In this document: positions 1 to 9,432 of the stretch, in pieces
Layout of the letters: the number at the start of each line of letters is the position of its first letter
How positions within the stretch are numbered: the stretch's first letter is position 1
Source: Terriglobia bacterium
GTDB taxonomy: Bacteria; Acidobacteriota; Terriglobia; 20CM-2-55-15
Reading direction: 5' to 3'
Length of the DNA stretch: 64,000 bases
Assembly: GCA_965218585.1 (NCBI GenBank)
Contig: CBDCLE010000003.1
Span: 1-64,000 of the forward strand
Notes under the pieces: model-generated
The model's input: the letters and a program-made list of their open reading frames with translations, nothing else
Database searches by the model: none
Told to the model about the DNA's origin: nothing
Position numbers and translations under genes: made by a program

Positions 1-473
1 CGGAATCGGTATGTCAGCTGATCATCGGAGATCTGCCAGTGGGTTGCCAGCACGGGAATGTATTCGAGCGTAGTCGGATGGAGATTCAGCAACGGCTCAT
101 ACACCATCGCCTCGACATGCTGATTCCACAAGATGGTATCTGGGCCTTCTGTTCGCAACGTTCCCGGGAAATCGATCTGGTGCTGAGTGAACGTCCCCCC
201 CTTGACCGCTCTGGGGTCGCCAATGAGATCGAAATCCACGTTGGTGTCCCATCCTTCGCCCGTGAACCCCGCACCTCCGTCTTCGGCCGACACGCTTGGG
301 TCGGCCCCCGCATCCGCGTCGGGAAAGACCGGGTAGTCGTTCTTGTCCATTGAAACCGGACCGCGGGGTGTCGCAACGGTCGAGGACGACGTGTCCCCTG
401 TTTCCGTCGCGTAACTACAGCCCGCCAGTACCATGACCGTGACCAAAAGGCAGATGTGCACCGTTCTATACAT
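1..473 (-). CDS. ABC transporter substrate-binding lipoprotein, family 5 (N-terminal part; runs off window edge)
   Basis: Not in the ORF track; translated by hand from ATG 473 with AGGAG upstream. MYRTVHICLLVTVMVLAGC (lipobox) ... VKGGTF ... VYEPLLNLHPTTLEYIPVLATHWQISDDQLTYRF, typical of the SBP family 5 N-terminus. Confidence 0.8.
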   Translation of the reverse strand, partial: MYRTVHICLLVTVMVLAGCSYATETGDTSSSTVATPRGPVSMDKNDYPVFPDADAGADPSVSAEDGGAGFTGEGWDTNVDFDLIGDPRAVKGGTFTQHQIDFPGTLRTEGPDTILWNQHVEAMVYEPLLNLHPTTLEYIPVLATHWQISDDQLTYRF

Positions 474-606
474 GACGTTGGCTCCTAAGAGATCTTTGAG
501 GGTGCAATTGTAGTCCGCTCCGAACGTATATGTAAACGCAGACTGGCACACACTTTCCCAAACCCAAACCCTTCGACAATCCTTTCCCTTGTGTCTACAC
601 TCAGGC

Positions 607-936
607 ATGTCCGGATCCTCTGCGGCCGCAGTCCCCGAAACCGACACCTCGACCGAGGAAAGGCTGGAAAAGCTCTACCACGTGATTCTGCTCAACGACG
701 AAGACCACACTTACGACTATGTCGTCGAAATGATCCAGAAACTGTTCGGTGCCACAGAATCCCGGACCTTTTCCCATGCAGTTGAGGTTGACACGAAAGG
801 CACCACGATACTTTTGACGTGCAAGCTGGAAAAAGCGGAGTTAAAACGGGATCAGATTCACACTTACGGTCCGGACCCCCGCCTCACCCGCTCCGTGGGC
901 TCCATGGCTGCCGTAGTCGAACCCGCCACCGGATAA
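607..936 (+). CDS. clpS: ATP-dependent Clp protease adaptor ClpS
   Basis: LYHVILLNDEDHTYDYVVEMIQKLFG ... AVEVDTKG matches the ClpS core; about 110 aa. Confidence 0.88.
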   Translation: MSGSSAAAVPETDTSTEERLEKLYHVILLNDEDHTYDYVVEMIQKLFGATESRTFSHAVEVDTKGTTILLTCKLEKAELKRDQIHTYGPDPRLTRSVGSMAAVVEPATG

Positions 937-939
937 GGA

Positions 940-1100
940 TTTAACACAGAGACGCAGAGGACTCGGGAATGATGTTCCCATCGCTCTGTGGTCCCGAAAT
1001 TGGAGGGTTGGCAACCCGGTTGTTGAAACAGGAGGGGTTTGGAACTGCGGAAACGCGGTCAGACCAGAATCTCTGCGTCCTCTGCGCCTCTCGGTTGAAA
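940..1100. repeat. Imperfect terminal inverted repeat (CGCAGAG-type extragenic element) between convergent genes
   Basis: AACACAGAGACGCAGAGGAC (943-962) matches the reverse complement of the 1077-1096 arm, AACCGAGAGGCGCAGAGGAC, at 17/20. Confidence 0.6.
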
Positions 1101-1107
1101 AATTGGT

Positions 1108-1836
1108 CTAGATGGCCAGTCCGCCGTCGACCTGAATAACCTGTCCTGTGATGTAGGCGGCTTCTTCCGATACGAGGAATTTCGCGATGCGGGCGACTTC
1201 AGAAACCTGGCCGTAACGGCCGAGCGGGATCTGCTCGAGGGCCTTTTCCCGATAGTCCTCAGCCATCGCCAGAGTCATGTCCGTCTCGATGAGTCCGAGC
1301 GCAAGGGCGTTGACAGTGATGCCGGCTTTTGCCAGTTCTTTGGCCAGGGCCTTTGTGAACCCGATCATGCCTGCCTTTGAAGCCGAGTAGTTGGTCTGGC
1401 CCGGTAAACCGACCAGCCCGCTGACGGAAGAGACATTGAGGATGGTCCCGGAACGTTGCTTGAGCATGGCCGTGGCCGCAGGACGTGTGAAGTTGTACAC
1501 GCCTTTCAGGTTCGTATCGATGACTGTGTCCCAGTCGGCTTCACTCATACGGACCAGGAGCTTGTCGCGCGTGATGCCGGCGTTGTTGACCAGAATATCG
1601 ATTCGACCCAACGACGCACGGATCTCCTTAATTACCTCAGCTGCACGTTTACTGTCGGCGGCGTCGGCTTCGAAAGCGAATATCTTTTCTCCGTCCGCGA
1701 TTTCATCCGCCAGGGAACGGTTGTGAGCGTATGTCAGAGCCACGCGCGCGCCGTCGGCGGACAAGGCCTCCACGATGGCTCTTCCGATTCCGCGGGTTCC
1801 ACCGGTAACGACCGCTACTTTATCTGTTAAGGGCAC
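1108..1836 (-). CDS. fabG: 3-oxoacyl-ACP reductase (SDR family)
   Basis: TGGTRGIG, NNAGITRD, NYSASKAG (YxxxK), ITGQVIQVDGG. Confidence 0.88.
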   Translation of the reverse strand: MPLTDKVAVVTGGTRGIGRAIVEALSADGARVALTYAHNRSLADEIADGEKIFAFEADAADSKRAAEVIKEIRASLGRIDILVNNAGITRDKLLVRMSEADWDTVIDTNLKGVYNFTRPAATAMLKQRSGTILNVSSVSGLVGLPGQTNYSASKAGMIGFTKALAKELAKAGITVNALALGLIETDMTLAMAEDYREKALEQIPLGRYGQVSEVARIAKFLVSEEAAYITGQVIQVDGGLAI

Positions 1837-1925
1837 AGGCCTCCTCGACTTTGAGAACCCAGCCGACAGCTGGCTGCCTCGCGGCAGATGCCGCTGGATT
1901 GTACCAAATGGCTAGGCAGGGAGGG

Positions 1926-2894
1926 TCAGGATGCCAGTACGCCGGCTAGGTCGAGGAGTGCCAGATCCAGGGGCTTTTGCTTGCCAGCAACGTCGGTGAG
2001 CGGCGTCGTCTGGACGACGCCGTTTAACGTCCCCACCAGGCAGCCAAATTCATCCCTCTTGATAGCCTCAATCGCTCCCACGCCTAATCGCGTTGCCAGG
2101 AGCCTGTCGAAGGCTGTTGGGACGCCGCCCCTCTGAACGTGTCCGAGGATCGTGGCCCGAATCTGAAATTCAATGTCGGCCAGCTGGCTGAAGTACCGTT
2201 CGAGCACGGTGGCGTTACATAGCGCACCCTCGGCGACGACGGCCAGGGCGTGCTTTTTGCCCTTGTCGTAGGCTGTCTGAAATTCCTTTGCTACGGCTTC
2301 CGGCGTGGTTTCCCGCTCCGGAATGACGACGGCTTCTGCGCCGCCCGTTATTCCGGTGATCAGAGCGAGATACCCGCAGTCACGCCCCATAATCTCGACG
2401 ACGAGACCTCTCTGATGAGACGACGCGGTGACCTTCAGTCGATCGATGGCTTTCAGAGCGATGTTCAGGGCTGTGTCGACTCCAATCGTGATGTCCGAGC
2501 CCACCAGATCGTTGTCGATGGTCGAGGCGATGCCCACGACAGGGAATCCTCTTTCCGACAGCGCAAGCGCCCCTTGCTGGGAACCGTTTCCCCCAATGAC
2601 GACCAGCGCCTCGATTCCGTGAGTCGAAAGTTGATCCAGTGCCCTTGCCCGGCTGGCATCCGTTTCGAACTCGGGGCACCGCGCCGTACCAAGGAACGTA
2701 CCGCCCATTTGAATGATGCCGCTGACGTCCCGGCTTTCCAGGGGCTTAATCTCTCCGTTCAGCAGTCCGTTGAAACCGTGCTCTACGCCTGAGACTTCCA
2801 ATCCAGCTTCCATTCCCGCACGGACGACAGTCCGGATGGCGGCATTCATGCCGGGGGCGTCGCCCCCGCTGGTCAATACTGCGATTCGATTCAT
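1926..2894 (-). CDS. pfkA: ATP-dependent 6-phosphofructokinase
   Basis: LTSGGDAPGMNAA, GGTFLGTARC, TIDND, EIMGRDCG, LGHVQRGG. Confidence 0.95.
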   Translation of the reverse strand: MNRIAVLTSGGDAPGMNAAIRTVVRAGMEAGLEVSGVEHGFNGLLNGEIKPLESRDVSGIIQMGGTFLGTARCPEFETDASRARALDQLSTHGIEALVVIGGNGSQQGALALSERGFPVVGIASTIDNDLVGSDITIGVDTALNIALKAIDRLKVTASSHQRGLVVEIMGRDCGYLALITGITGGAEAVVIPERETTPEAVAKEFQTAYDKGKKHALAVVAEGALCNATVLERYFSQLADIEFQIRATILGHVQRGGVPTAFDRLLATRLGVGAIEAIKRDEFGCLVGTLNGVVQTTPLTDVAGKQKPLDLALLDLAGVLAS

Positions 2895-2930
2895 GAGGAG
2901 AGTCTATAGGAAAGACCGTGTGAAGCCGTC

Positions 2931-3359
2931 TCAATCAGACAGGTTCTTAGCCGACATCACTTTGGTCGGCGTGACGACGACGAGAACGACGCCTTCGACG
3001 GCATTCCGCTTGCCGAATTCTTCCACCTTTCCGGGCGGCGCATATCTTCCGGCGATCCGTGTCGATATGGGAAGCAGTTCCTCGGGAGTCAGCTCCTGTA
3101 TTTCGGCAGTTCCTTCAACAGTCACGAACCCGCTGGGGGATGTCTCGTTGTCAAAAGCGATGGCGACCCGGTTGTCGCGCCTGATGTTTTTCAGTTTCAC
3201 GGCGGTATTCATCGTCATGAACTTGAGGGTCTCGTCTTCAAAGATACAACCGACCGGAACGCAGTGCGGACGTCCATCGGCTCGTATCGTTGCCAGCTTG
3301 CCGGTCTTGCTCCCTTCGTTGACGAAGGCTTTCCACTCGTCTGGAGACATCGATTCCAT
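2931..3359 (-). CDS. PPOX-class (possibly F420-dependent) split-barrel oxidoreductase
   Basis: TGKLATIRADGRPHCVPV, KLKNIRRDNRVAI, FVTVEGTA. Confidence 0.8.
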   Translation of the reverse strand: MESMSPDEWKAFVNEGSKTGKLATIRADGRPHCVPVGCIFEDETLKFMTMNTAVKLKNIRRDNRVAIAFDNETSPSGFVTVEGTAEIQELTPEELLPISTRIAGRYAPPGKVEEFGKRNAVEGVVLVVVTPTKVMSAKNLSD

Positions 3360-3461
3360 AGTCGTGGGTTCCTTGTGATCAGCGGTGCCAGCAGGGTAGC
3401 AGGCGTCGGAACCCTTCTTCAATAGAACCCCGACCTCTCTTTACGGTATGGTTTCGAGGGA

Positions 3462-4700
3462 ATGGACCTCGTCAACACCATCACGATCGTCGTCTGCATG
3501 TCCGCGCTGTTCGGATATCTCAATCACCGTTTCCTGAAGCTCCCCATCAAAATCGGGCTGATGGTCATCGCGCTCGCGATGTCCCTGGTTCTGGTACTGC
3601 TGAATTATCTAGGTGTCGGCCTGGCCGGCGAGGCGCGGGCTCTTGTTCAGGGCATCGATTTCAACGTGACGCTGATGCAGGGGATGTTAAGCTTCCTGCT
3701 CTTTGCCGGCGCTCTGCACGTCAACCTCGACGATCTGTTCGAGCAGAAATGGATCATTGCGATCCTGGCCTCGTTCGGCGTCGCGCTTTCAACCTTCATC
3801 GTAGGCAGCCTCGCCTACTACGCGTTTGGGGTAGTGGGCCTCGACCTGCCCTACATCTATTGTCTGCTCTTTGGCGCTCTGATTTCGCCGACCGATCCCA
3901 TAGCCGTTGTCGGCATCATGAAGCTCGCCCGGGCCCCGAAGACCCTGGAAACCAAGATGACAGGGGAGTCGCTTTTCAACGATGGGGTCGGAATCGTGAT
4001 CTTCCTGGTGCTGCTCGATGTTGCGGTCACAGGTGAAGCGTCCGTACCCGCTATCGCAACCCTCTTTGTCGGCGAAGCGATCGGCGGCGCCGTGATCGGA
4101 CTGGCCCTGGGATACCCGGCCTATCGAATGCTGCGGAGCACGAATCAGTACCAGGTCGAGATCCTCATCACGCTGGCACTGGTGATGGGTGGCTACCAGC
4201 TGGCCAGCGCCGTACATGCTTCGGGCCCGATTGCAGTTGTCGTCATCGGTCTGTTGATCGGCAACCACGGGCGACGTTTTGCAATGTCGGATGCGACCCG
4301 CCAGCATCTGGATTCGTTCTGGGAGTTGATCGATGAACTCCTGAACGCGATCCTCTTCGTTCTGATCGGACTGGTCGTGGTGGACATCACGTTCCGCGTG
4401 GATTATCTGGAAGCCGCGTTCATCGCGATCCCGATCGTCCTGTTTTCACGTTTCGTCTGCGTGGGCGTGCCCATTCAGTTGATGAGCCTGGTACGCGAGT
4501 TCAGCAACCGGGCGACGCTAATCCTCACATGGGGGGGCCTCCGTGGCGGCATTTCAGTCGCACTGACCCTGTCGCTGCCTCCGGGTCCTGCGCGTGATGC
4601 GATCATCTCGATCACGTACGGCGTCGTAGCTTTCTCGATTATTGTCCAGGGATTGACAATCCGCAGGGTCGTCGAGAGCGCGAATTTACAGGGACAGTGA
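3462..4700 (+). CDS. CPA1-family Na+/H+ antiporter (NhaP-like)
   Basis: Many hydrophobic helices; LFGALISPTDPIAV, GESLFNDG, WGGLRGGIS. Confidence 0.92.
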   Translation: MDLVNTITIVVCMSALFGYLNHRFLKLPIKIGLMVIALAMSLVLVLLNYLGVGLAGEARALVQGIDFNVTLMQGMLSFLLFAGALHVNLDDLFEQKWIIAILASFGVALSTFIVGSLAYYAFGVVGLDLPYIYCLLFGALISPTDPIAVVGIMKLARAPKTLETKMTGESLFNDGVGIVIFLVLLDVAVTGEASVPAIATLFVGEAIGGAVIGLALGYPAYRMLRSTNQYQVEILITLALVMGGYQLASAVHASGPIAVVVIGLLIGNHGRRFAMSDATRQHLDSFWELIDELLNAILFVLIGLVVVDITFRVDYLEAAFIAIPIVLFSRFVCVGVPIQLMSLVREFSNRATLILTWGGLRGGISVALTLSLPPGPARDAIISITYGVVAFSIIVQGLTIRRVVESANLQGQ

Positions 4701-4774
4701 GCGACTTCGGAATTTGCTCACTGTCCCCGAATTAAATAATATGGTTGGCGAAAGTCGGAACTGGGAGGATCGAG

Positions 4775-5686
4775 ATGACAGGGAACAGTAAGACCCTCAT
4801 GTGTGCAGTTGCATTGCTTGTCTTGCCGCTGCTGGCTCCAGGCCTGCAGGGCGCGCAGGGCCCAGCTGCAGATAAACAGGAGATGATCGATCTGGGACTC
4901 GAACACGAAACCGCGATGGAGCTCTATCAGGCGCTCAAAGAAGAAGCCAATGGCGGCCAGCGCCTGGAGTGGGATAATCTGCCGGATTGGACGGGGATCT
5001 ACACACGGGGAGCGGGTGGCCTAAGCTTCGATCCAGATCAGCCTCCCGGCGGCTTGCCTACCGCGAACCTCACTCCGGAATTTCGTGCAAGGATGCTGGA
5101 GACCATCGAACTCGCGGGTCAGGGCATCCAATGGGACCCTATCAGCACCTGTGCCCCGCCGGGACACCCCCGCTGGTTGACTGAGCCGTTCCTGAAAGAC
5201 TTCGTGGTCACGCCCGACCAGACATACCTGATCAACGAGATGGTCAATGACATTCGCCGGATCTACACCGACGGTCGCAACCACACGGCCGAGGCGGACC
5301 GCTATCCAATGTACAACGGCGACTCTGTCGGCTTCTGGAACGGTCACAAGCTGGTGATTCACACCAATCAACTGCGTGAGGGGATATATCAGCGGAACCA
5401 GCCGAATTACACTGATCAGGTGGAGACCGTGGAGATCTGGGAAAAGGTCGATGACAGGAATCTCGAAGTCGCCGTCTGGGTCTACGATCCACCGGCCCTG
5501 GTCGAACCGTGGTACACCAGGCAGATATTCACAAAGCTCGAGAATCCAGACTACGCACTGCGGATCCGCTATTGGGCCTGCAGCGAGAACCAGAACAACT
5601 CCGTGTTCCAGAACTCCGATGGAGCGACCGATTTTACCGGCTTTACGTTTACGGATGAGGACAATCGTGAAGGAGATCCCCAATGA
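4775..5686 (+). CDS. Secreted uncharacterised protein, Cys-x-Pro partner family (module C)
   Basis: Signal peptide; CAPPGHPR, RRIYTDGR, GDSVGFWNGHKLVIHT, YDPP, C-terminal Cys. Stop overlaps next start (ATGA). Confidence 0.8.
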   Translation: MTGNSKTLMCAVALLVLPLLAPGLQGAQGPAADKQEMIDLGLEHETAMELYQALKEEANGGQRLEWDNLPDWTGIYTRGAGGLSFDPDQPPGGLPTANLTPEFRARMLETIELAGQGIQWDPISTCAPPGHPRWLTEPFLKDFVVTPDQTYLINEMVNDIRRIYTDGRNHTAEADRYPMYNGDSVGFWNGHKLVIHTNQLREGIYQRNQPNYTDQVETVEIWEKVDDRNLEVAVWVYDPPALVEPWYTRQIFTKLENPDYALRIRYWACSENQNNSVFQNSDGATDFTGFTFTDEDNREGDPQ

Positions 5687-6078
5687 GGAAGATGTTTCTT
5701 ACTGCGCTTATGAGTGTCGGTGCCCTTGTGGTCGTCGTCACGCCTGGCCTCGCTCATCATTCCGGTCTGATGTTTGATGCTGGCAGGGAGGTCACAGTGG
5801 ACGGCGTGGTGAAGGAGTTCCAGTACACGAACCCGCACTCGTGGTTGCTGGTGGATGTCACCGATGAGGACGGTACGGTCACGACCTGGGGTTTCGAGGC
5901 GGAAGGGCCCAGCACGTTGCAGCGAGCCGGAATCCGTCCGAGCGACCTGGTGCCGGGTACCAGGTTGACCATTACGGGACATCCCATGAAAGATGGTCGG
6001 CCCGCTGCAGCATGGGTCGACGCAGTACGAGAAGACGGAAAGTACTTCGACCCGCGGGCTGGATTCCGGATAGATTAA
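5683..6078 (+). CDS. Secreted His-His/NPH protein (DUF6152-like, module H)
   Basis: Signal peptide ending GLA then HHS; GVVKEFQYTNPHSW. Confidence 0.82.
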   Translation: MRKMFLTALMSVGALVVVVTPGLAHHSGLMFDAGREVTVDGVVKEFQYTNPHSWLLVDVTDEDGTVTTWGFEAEGPSTLQRAGIRPSDLVPGTRLTITGHPMKDGRPAAAWVDAVREDGKYFDPRAGFRID

Positions 6079-6099
6079 CCCTGCGGGTCTTCTTTTTTT
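6078..6099 (+). terminator. Possible intrinsic terminator
   Basis: Short ACCC-TGC-GGGT stem followed by CTTCTTTTTTT directly after the stop codon. Confidence 0.35.
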
Positions 6100-6103
6100 G
6101 ATC

Positions 6104-6128
6104 GTGCGCTCACAGAGCGCACCTACAG
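6104..6128 (-). repeat. GTAG-type REP palindrome, copy 1
   Basis: Minus strand CTGTAG-GTGCGCTC-TGT-GAGCGCAC; near-identical copy at 27328. Confidence 0.7.
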
Positions 6129-6130
6129 TT

Positions 6131-7039
6131 TTATTGAATCCCGGTTCCGAAAGGCAGGCCCCGGGGCGGATCGGTCCTGCAGGGGGTAGGTCTCCAGCCG
6201 GAATCGTCAGGCTCCTTCTTGAAGTTGCTGCTGGTCACGAACGGTCCGAGCAGATACGTAGGATCTTCGACGATCGTGATGACCACGAACCACTCATCTC
6301 CGTTGGGCTCGCTGAACCAGTTGAAGTACTCGGTCAGGAGCGCATCCTCGCTGTAGGGAACACCGTTCTTTCGCAAGTATCCTGCGCGCATCCCGGTTGT
6401 GACGACTTTCAGAGAGTCGCCTGCCGTGGACATCGGCGCGTTTCCGAAGCCGCGGCCACCCCGCTGGGGAAGAGCGCTCGGGGCCGAGGCTCGGCCCCGG
6501 AGCTGGCCCGGACCTTCCCAGTTGGCCACAGAGTAACCCTGCCAGGTTGGCTCGGTCTCGTTCGCGTCAGACGGGTTGAAGTTAAAGAGCCGGGTCTGTT
6601 CGCCGACATCGGTATCGATCCTCAGAACGTCGTCGCTCTCCCACGTGATGTGCACGCGGACCGGCAAACGCATAACCCCGGCCGCTCCGTACGGCCGGCA
6701 TTCGTTTCCGGCGGCCGTGTCCGCATCCAGGTCCCAGGCATCGGCCCCGCTGACACCTGCCGCGTTGAGGGGTACGCTTATGTAATCGCCCTTTGGCGGC
6801 GTGACCATGCGATGCCGCCAGTCTTCGGTGATCACCGATACCCAGTAACCGGTAAGGTCAAACGCGGCGCCTTCTCGCGGGGTCGGAGGCGGACCGCCTC
6901 TGCCGATACCGCCCGCCCCGCCTCTTCCGCCCCGTCCCTGACCACGGCCCTGGGCATCGAGGTCATCTACAAGGGTCAGCAGCAGGACGGCAGCCAGAGC
7001 TACGGACAGCAGCCGCTTCAAATGCGCACCGTTTCTCAT
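6131..7039 (-). CDS. Secreted module C protein, TEDWRHRM subtype
   Basis: Signal peptide; RGG-rich linker; DLTGYWVSVITEDWRHRMVTPPKGDY, ECRPYG, WQGYSVANWEG, GYLRKNGVP, C-terminal PTPC. Confidence 0.8.
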   Translation of the reverse strand: MRNGAHLKRLLSVALAAVLLLTLVDDLDAQGRGQGRGGRGGAGGIGRGGPPPTPREGAAFDLTGYWVSVITEDWRHRMVTPPKGDYISVPLNAAGVSGADAWDLDADTAAGNECRPYGAAGVMRLPVRVHITWESDDVLRIDTDVGEQTRLFNFNPSDANETEPTWQGYSVANWEGPGQLRGRASAPSALPQRGGRGFGNAPMSTAGDSLKVVTTGMRAGYLRKNGVPYSEDALLTEYFNWFSEPNGDEWFVVITIVEDPTYLLGPFVTSSNFKKEPDDSGWRPTPCRTDPPRGLPFGTGIQ

Positions 7040-7061
7040 ACCTGGTCCTTTTTCATTCCGA

Positions 7062-8030
7062 TCAAGGTCCCACCACACTTTGATACACGGCGTTCAAGAA
7101 CATGTCTCGTGTCCAGAATCCGGTGTCTGGATAACGGCCGTCGTAGTCCAGTGATGTATTGGCCGCGTTGATCTGGTCGAGGGTCATGCCCCGGCCCACC
7201 ATGTCCCGGACGCGGTCCCGGACAATCGTTGCCAGGTCGCGATACTCGTGCACGTCGGCTTCATCGGTTAACCGTCCGTGCCCGGGTATCACATACGTTC
7301 CACCTTCCTGCTTCTCTTCGGGAACTGTGATGTCGAGAATCCGGTTGAGTCCTTCGAGAAATCCGTCGAACGTTCCTCCGCGGTCCGTGTCTATGACAGG
7401 GTAGCTGGTGGTGACGAACAGATCTCCGGCGACGACGACATCCGATCGGCGGAAATAGACAAGGCAGTCGCCGTCGGTGTGAGCGTCGGGCACGTAAAAC
7501 ACCTGGATGGCTTCACCGTTGACGAAGTATTCCTTGGCCGGACCGATGTATGTGTCGGTCGGCCACCCTGCGCCCGGGGGTTCTTCCGGGTCGGCCTCTG
7601 TATAAAGTCGCAGCTGAACATTTTCCTGAGCCAGTATTGTCGCGCTCGACTCCGACAACCTGCCAGTGATCGTGCCCCCTCCGAGCAGTGACCGGCCTCG
7701 GGCCGCCAGGGTCTCATTGCCTCCCATGTGGTCGGGATGCAGGTGGGTATTGATGATAAGGCGAATGGGGCGGTCGGTCAGGCGCTCGATCGCAGCAAGC
7801 ACCTCGTCGCTCATCGAGGCTATTCCGCTGTCAACCACGACGACACCGTCGGGGCCGGTCTGGACGGCAATGTTGCTGCCGGCGCCAACCAGCATGTAGA
7901 CGTTTCCCTGTACCGGGAGAACATCAACCTCTGGCTGTGAAATCTGTCTTTGCGCCCAGGCGGATGCTCCACCTGCGGTGAGGACGAGTACGACGAGAAA
8001 CGAGAGCACGAAATACGGGCTACGGCGCAA
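7062..8030 (-). CDS. Secreted metallo-beta-lactamase-fold hydrolase (cyclase-like)
   Basis: Signal peptide; THLHPDHMGGN, AHTDGD, GD, IPGHG. Confidence 0.88.
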   Translation of the reverse strand: MRRSPYFVLSFLVVLVLTAGGASAWAQRQISQPEVDVLPVQGNVYMLVGAGSNIAVQTGPDGVVVVDSGIASMSDEVLAAIERLTDRPIRLIINTHLHPDHMGGNETLAARGRSLLGGGTITGRLSESSATILAQENVQLRLYTEADPEEPPGAGWPTDTYIGPAKEYFVNGEAIQVFYVPDAHTDGDCLVYFRRSDVVVAGDLFVTTSYPVIDTDRGGTFDGFLEGLNRILDITVPEEKQEGGTYVIPGHGRLTDEADVHEYRDLATIVRDRVRDMVGRGMTLDQINAANTSLDYDGRYPDTGFWTRDMFLNAVYQSVVGP

Positions 8031-8913
8031 GGTTTCGCAACTCCTCGATTCTCAACTGGTACTCGGGGTACGTCGTTTCCGCACCGCCTCGCGCCGCTTC
8101 CTGAGGGATCTCGTAGAACACCCCGAATTCGTTCAGTCTTTCCGTCTCGCCGTCAGACCCCGGCAGGTAATGCGGCACGAAATCCCTCGGTCGCGGGCCC
8201 ACTTCATCAACGACGTCGCAGCGGTTGACGCTGAAGGCACGAAGCTGGTTGAGCGGGTTCAGGATCCAGTCCGTGCTTCGAATGAAGGGTTCGGTCAGAT
8301 AGACAGGATCGCGAACCATCGTAACGACTGTCAGGTAGTCGCCGTTCCGAATGAAGCGCTCGGTCATTGTTGTCCGGTCGCTGGTAGGAACACCGTTGCG
8401 CTGGAGAAACCCTGCTTTGAGATGGGTCGTTTCCACCGTCAGCATGGCTCCGTTCCACTCTCCGGTCGAGAACCCTTGCCAGCGGTGCGCCGCATACCCG
8501 GGCGGACGTTCCCGTCCATCCAACCAGATGACGCGGGTTGTTCGGAAATACAGTCCGAAGATCTCAAACGCGAGGAGCTGCTGGGTTTCCGGATCCAGGA
8601 CTCTCGAGATTCGCATCGGGTTCGGACCGCGGGTCGAATAGACGGCCGGATGGGGAATACACTGGTGTTCCCGGGATGACAGGATGGCCGCGTCCCAGCT
8701 GTCGGCTTTGAGCCGTGCCCGGTCGTTGAGCGGAATCCCTGTGTAGTCTCCCAGGAAGGGGCCGGGCATCCGGTGCTCGAAATCCTCGTGGAGCAACCCG
8801 GTCCATTCGCCCGCGAAATCGTTATTGGCCTGGGCGAACAGGGGACCACCCGACAGCGTGAGCATCAACAGAATCCAAAGGCCTAGAACCCTGCCCTGAT
8901 TCACACCATGCAT
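8020..8913 (-). CDS. Secreted module C protein, HEDxEHR subtype
   Basis: Signal peptide; HEDFEHRMPGP, CIPHP, WQGFSTGEWNGAMLTVETT, RDPVYLTEP. Confidence 0.8.
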   Translation of the reverse strand: MHGVNQGRVLGLWILLMLTLSGGPLFAQANNDFAGEWTGLLHEDFEHRMPGPFLGDYTGIPLNDRARLKADSWDAAILSSREHQCIPHPAVYSTRGPNPMRISRVLDPETQQLLAFEIFGLYFRTTRVIWLDGRERPPGYAAHRWQGFSTGEWNGAMLTVETTHLKAGFLQRNGVPTSDRTTMTERFIRNGDYLTVVTMVRDPVYLTEPFIRSTDWILNPLNQLRAFSVNRCDVVDEVGPRPRDFVPHYLPGSDGETERLNEFGVFYEIPQEAARGGAETTYPEYQLRIEELRNLAP

Positions 8914-8926
8914 GTCGAATCGAATT

Positions 8927-9370
8927 CTAGTTGCCGCGCCCGGCACCACGTCCGCGACCACCACGGCCATCAGCTGGTGCGTTACCTCTACCAAACACCG
9001 CTTCTCCGTTCTCACGGCTGATGCCTCGGGCCCGTCCAACGGTGCGCCGGGTCCTGGCACGACTTCCGGTGATTCTGACCACATCCCCGGGCTGCAGGTC
9101 GTTTCTCGACCAGCCCTGGCGAGTCAATTGATTGGGGCTGGGCAGCTCGAAGTTGTAATTGACGAGCTCGCCGTTTTCCTCGACATCAATACGAATTCGA
9201 CCGTGCGGGTTTGTCCATTCGACTACCGTCACCGCACCCGTGACATCGACCGGCTGGTTGATGTCAAATTCGGATGCGAACGAATGGTGGGCAGATATCT
9301 GAAGAGGAAGCAGAATCGCCGCAGCCAAACCTAAGCAGGCCAGAAAAGGGCGGAAACAAGCTGATTTCAT
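8927..9370 (-). CDS. Secreted His-His/NPH protein (module H) with RGG tail
   Basis: ISA-HHSF, WTNPH, C-terminal GRGGRGRGAGRGN. Confidence 0.82.
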   Translation of the reverse strand: MKSACFRPFLACLGLAAAILLPLQISAHHSFASEFDINQPVDVTGAVTVVEWTNPHGRIRIDVEENGELVNYNFELPSPNQLTRQGWSRNDLQPGDVVRITGSRARTRRTVGRARGISRENGEAVFGRGNAPADGRGGRGRGAGRGN

Positions 9371-9432
9371 GTTTGTGCTCCTACTCGAACCAAATTGCCT
9401 TCCTTTGGATCAGTCTCAAATCCTTGCTCTCT

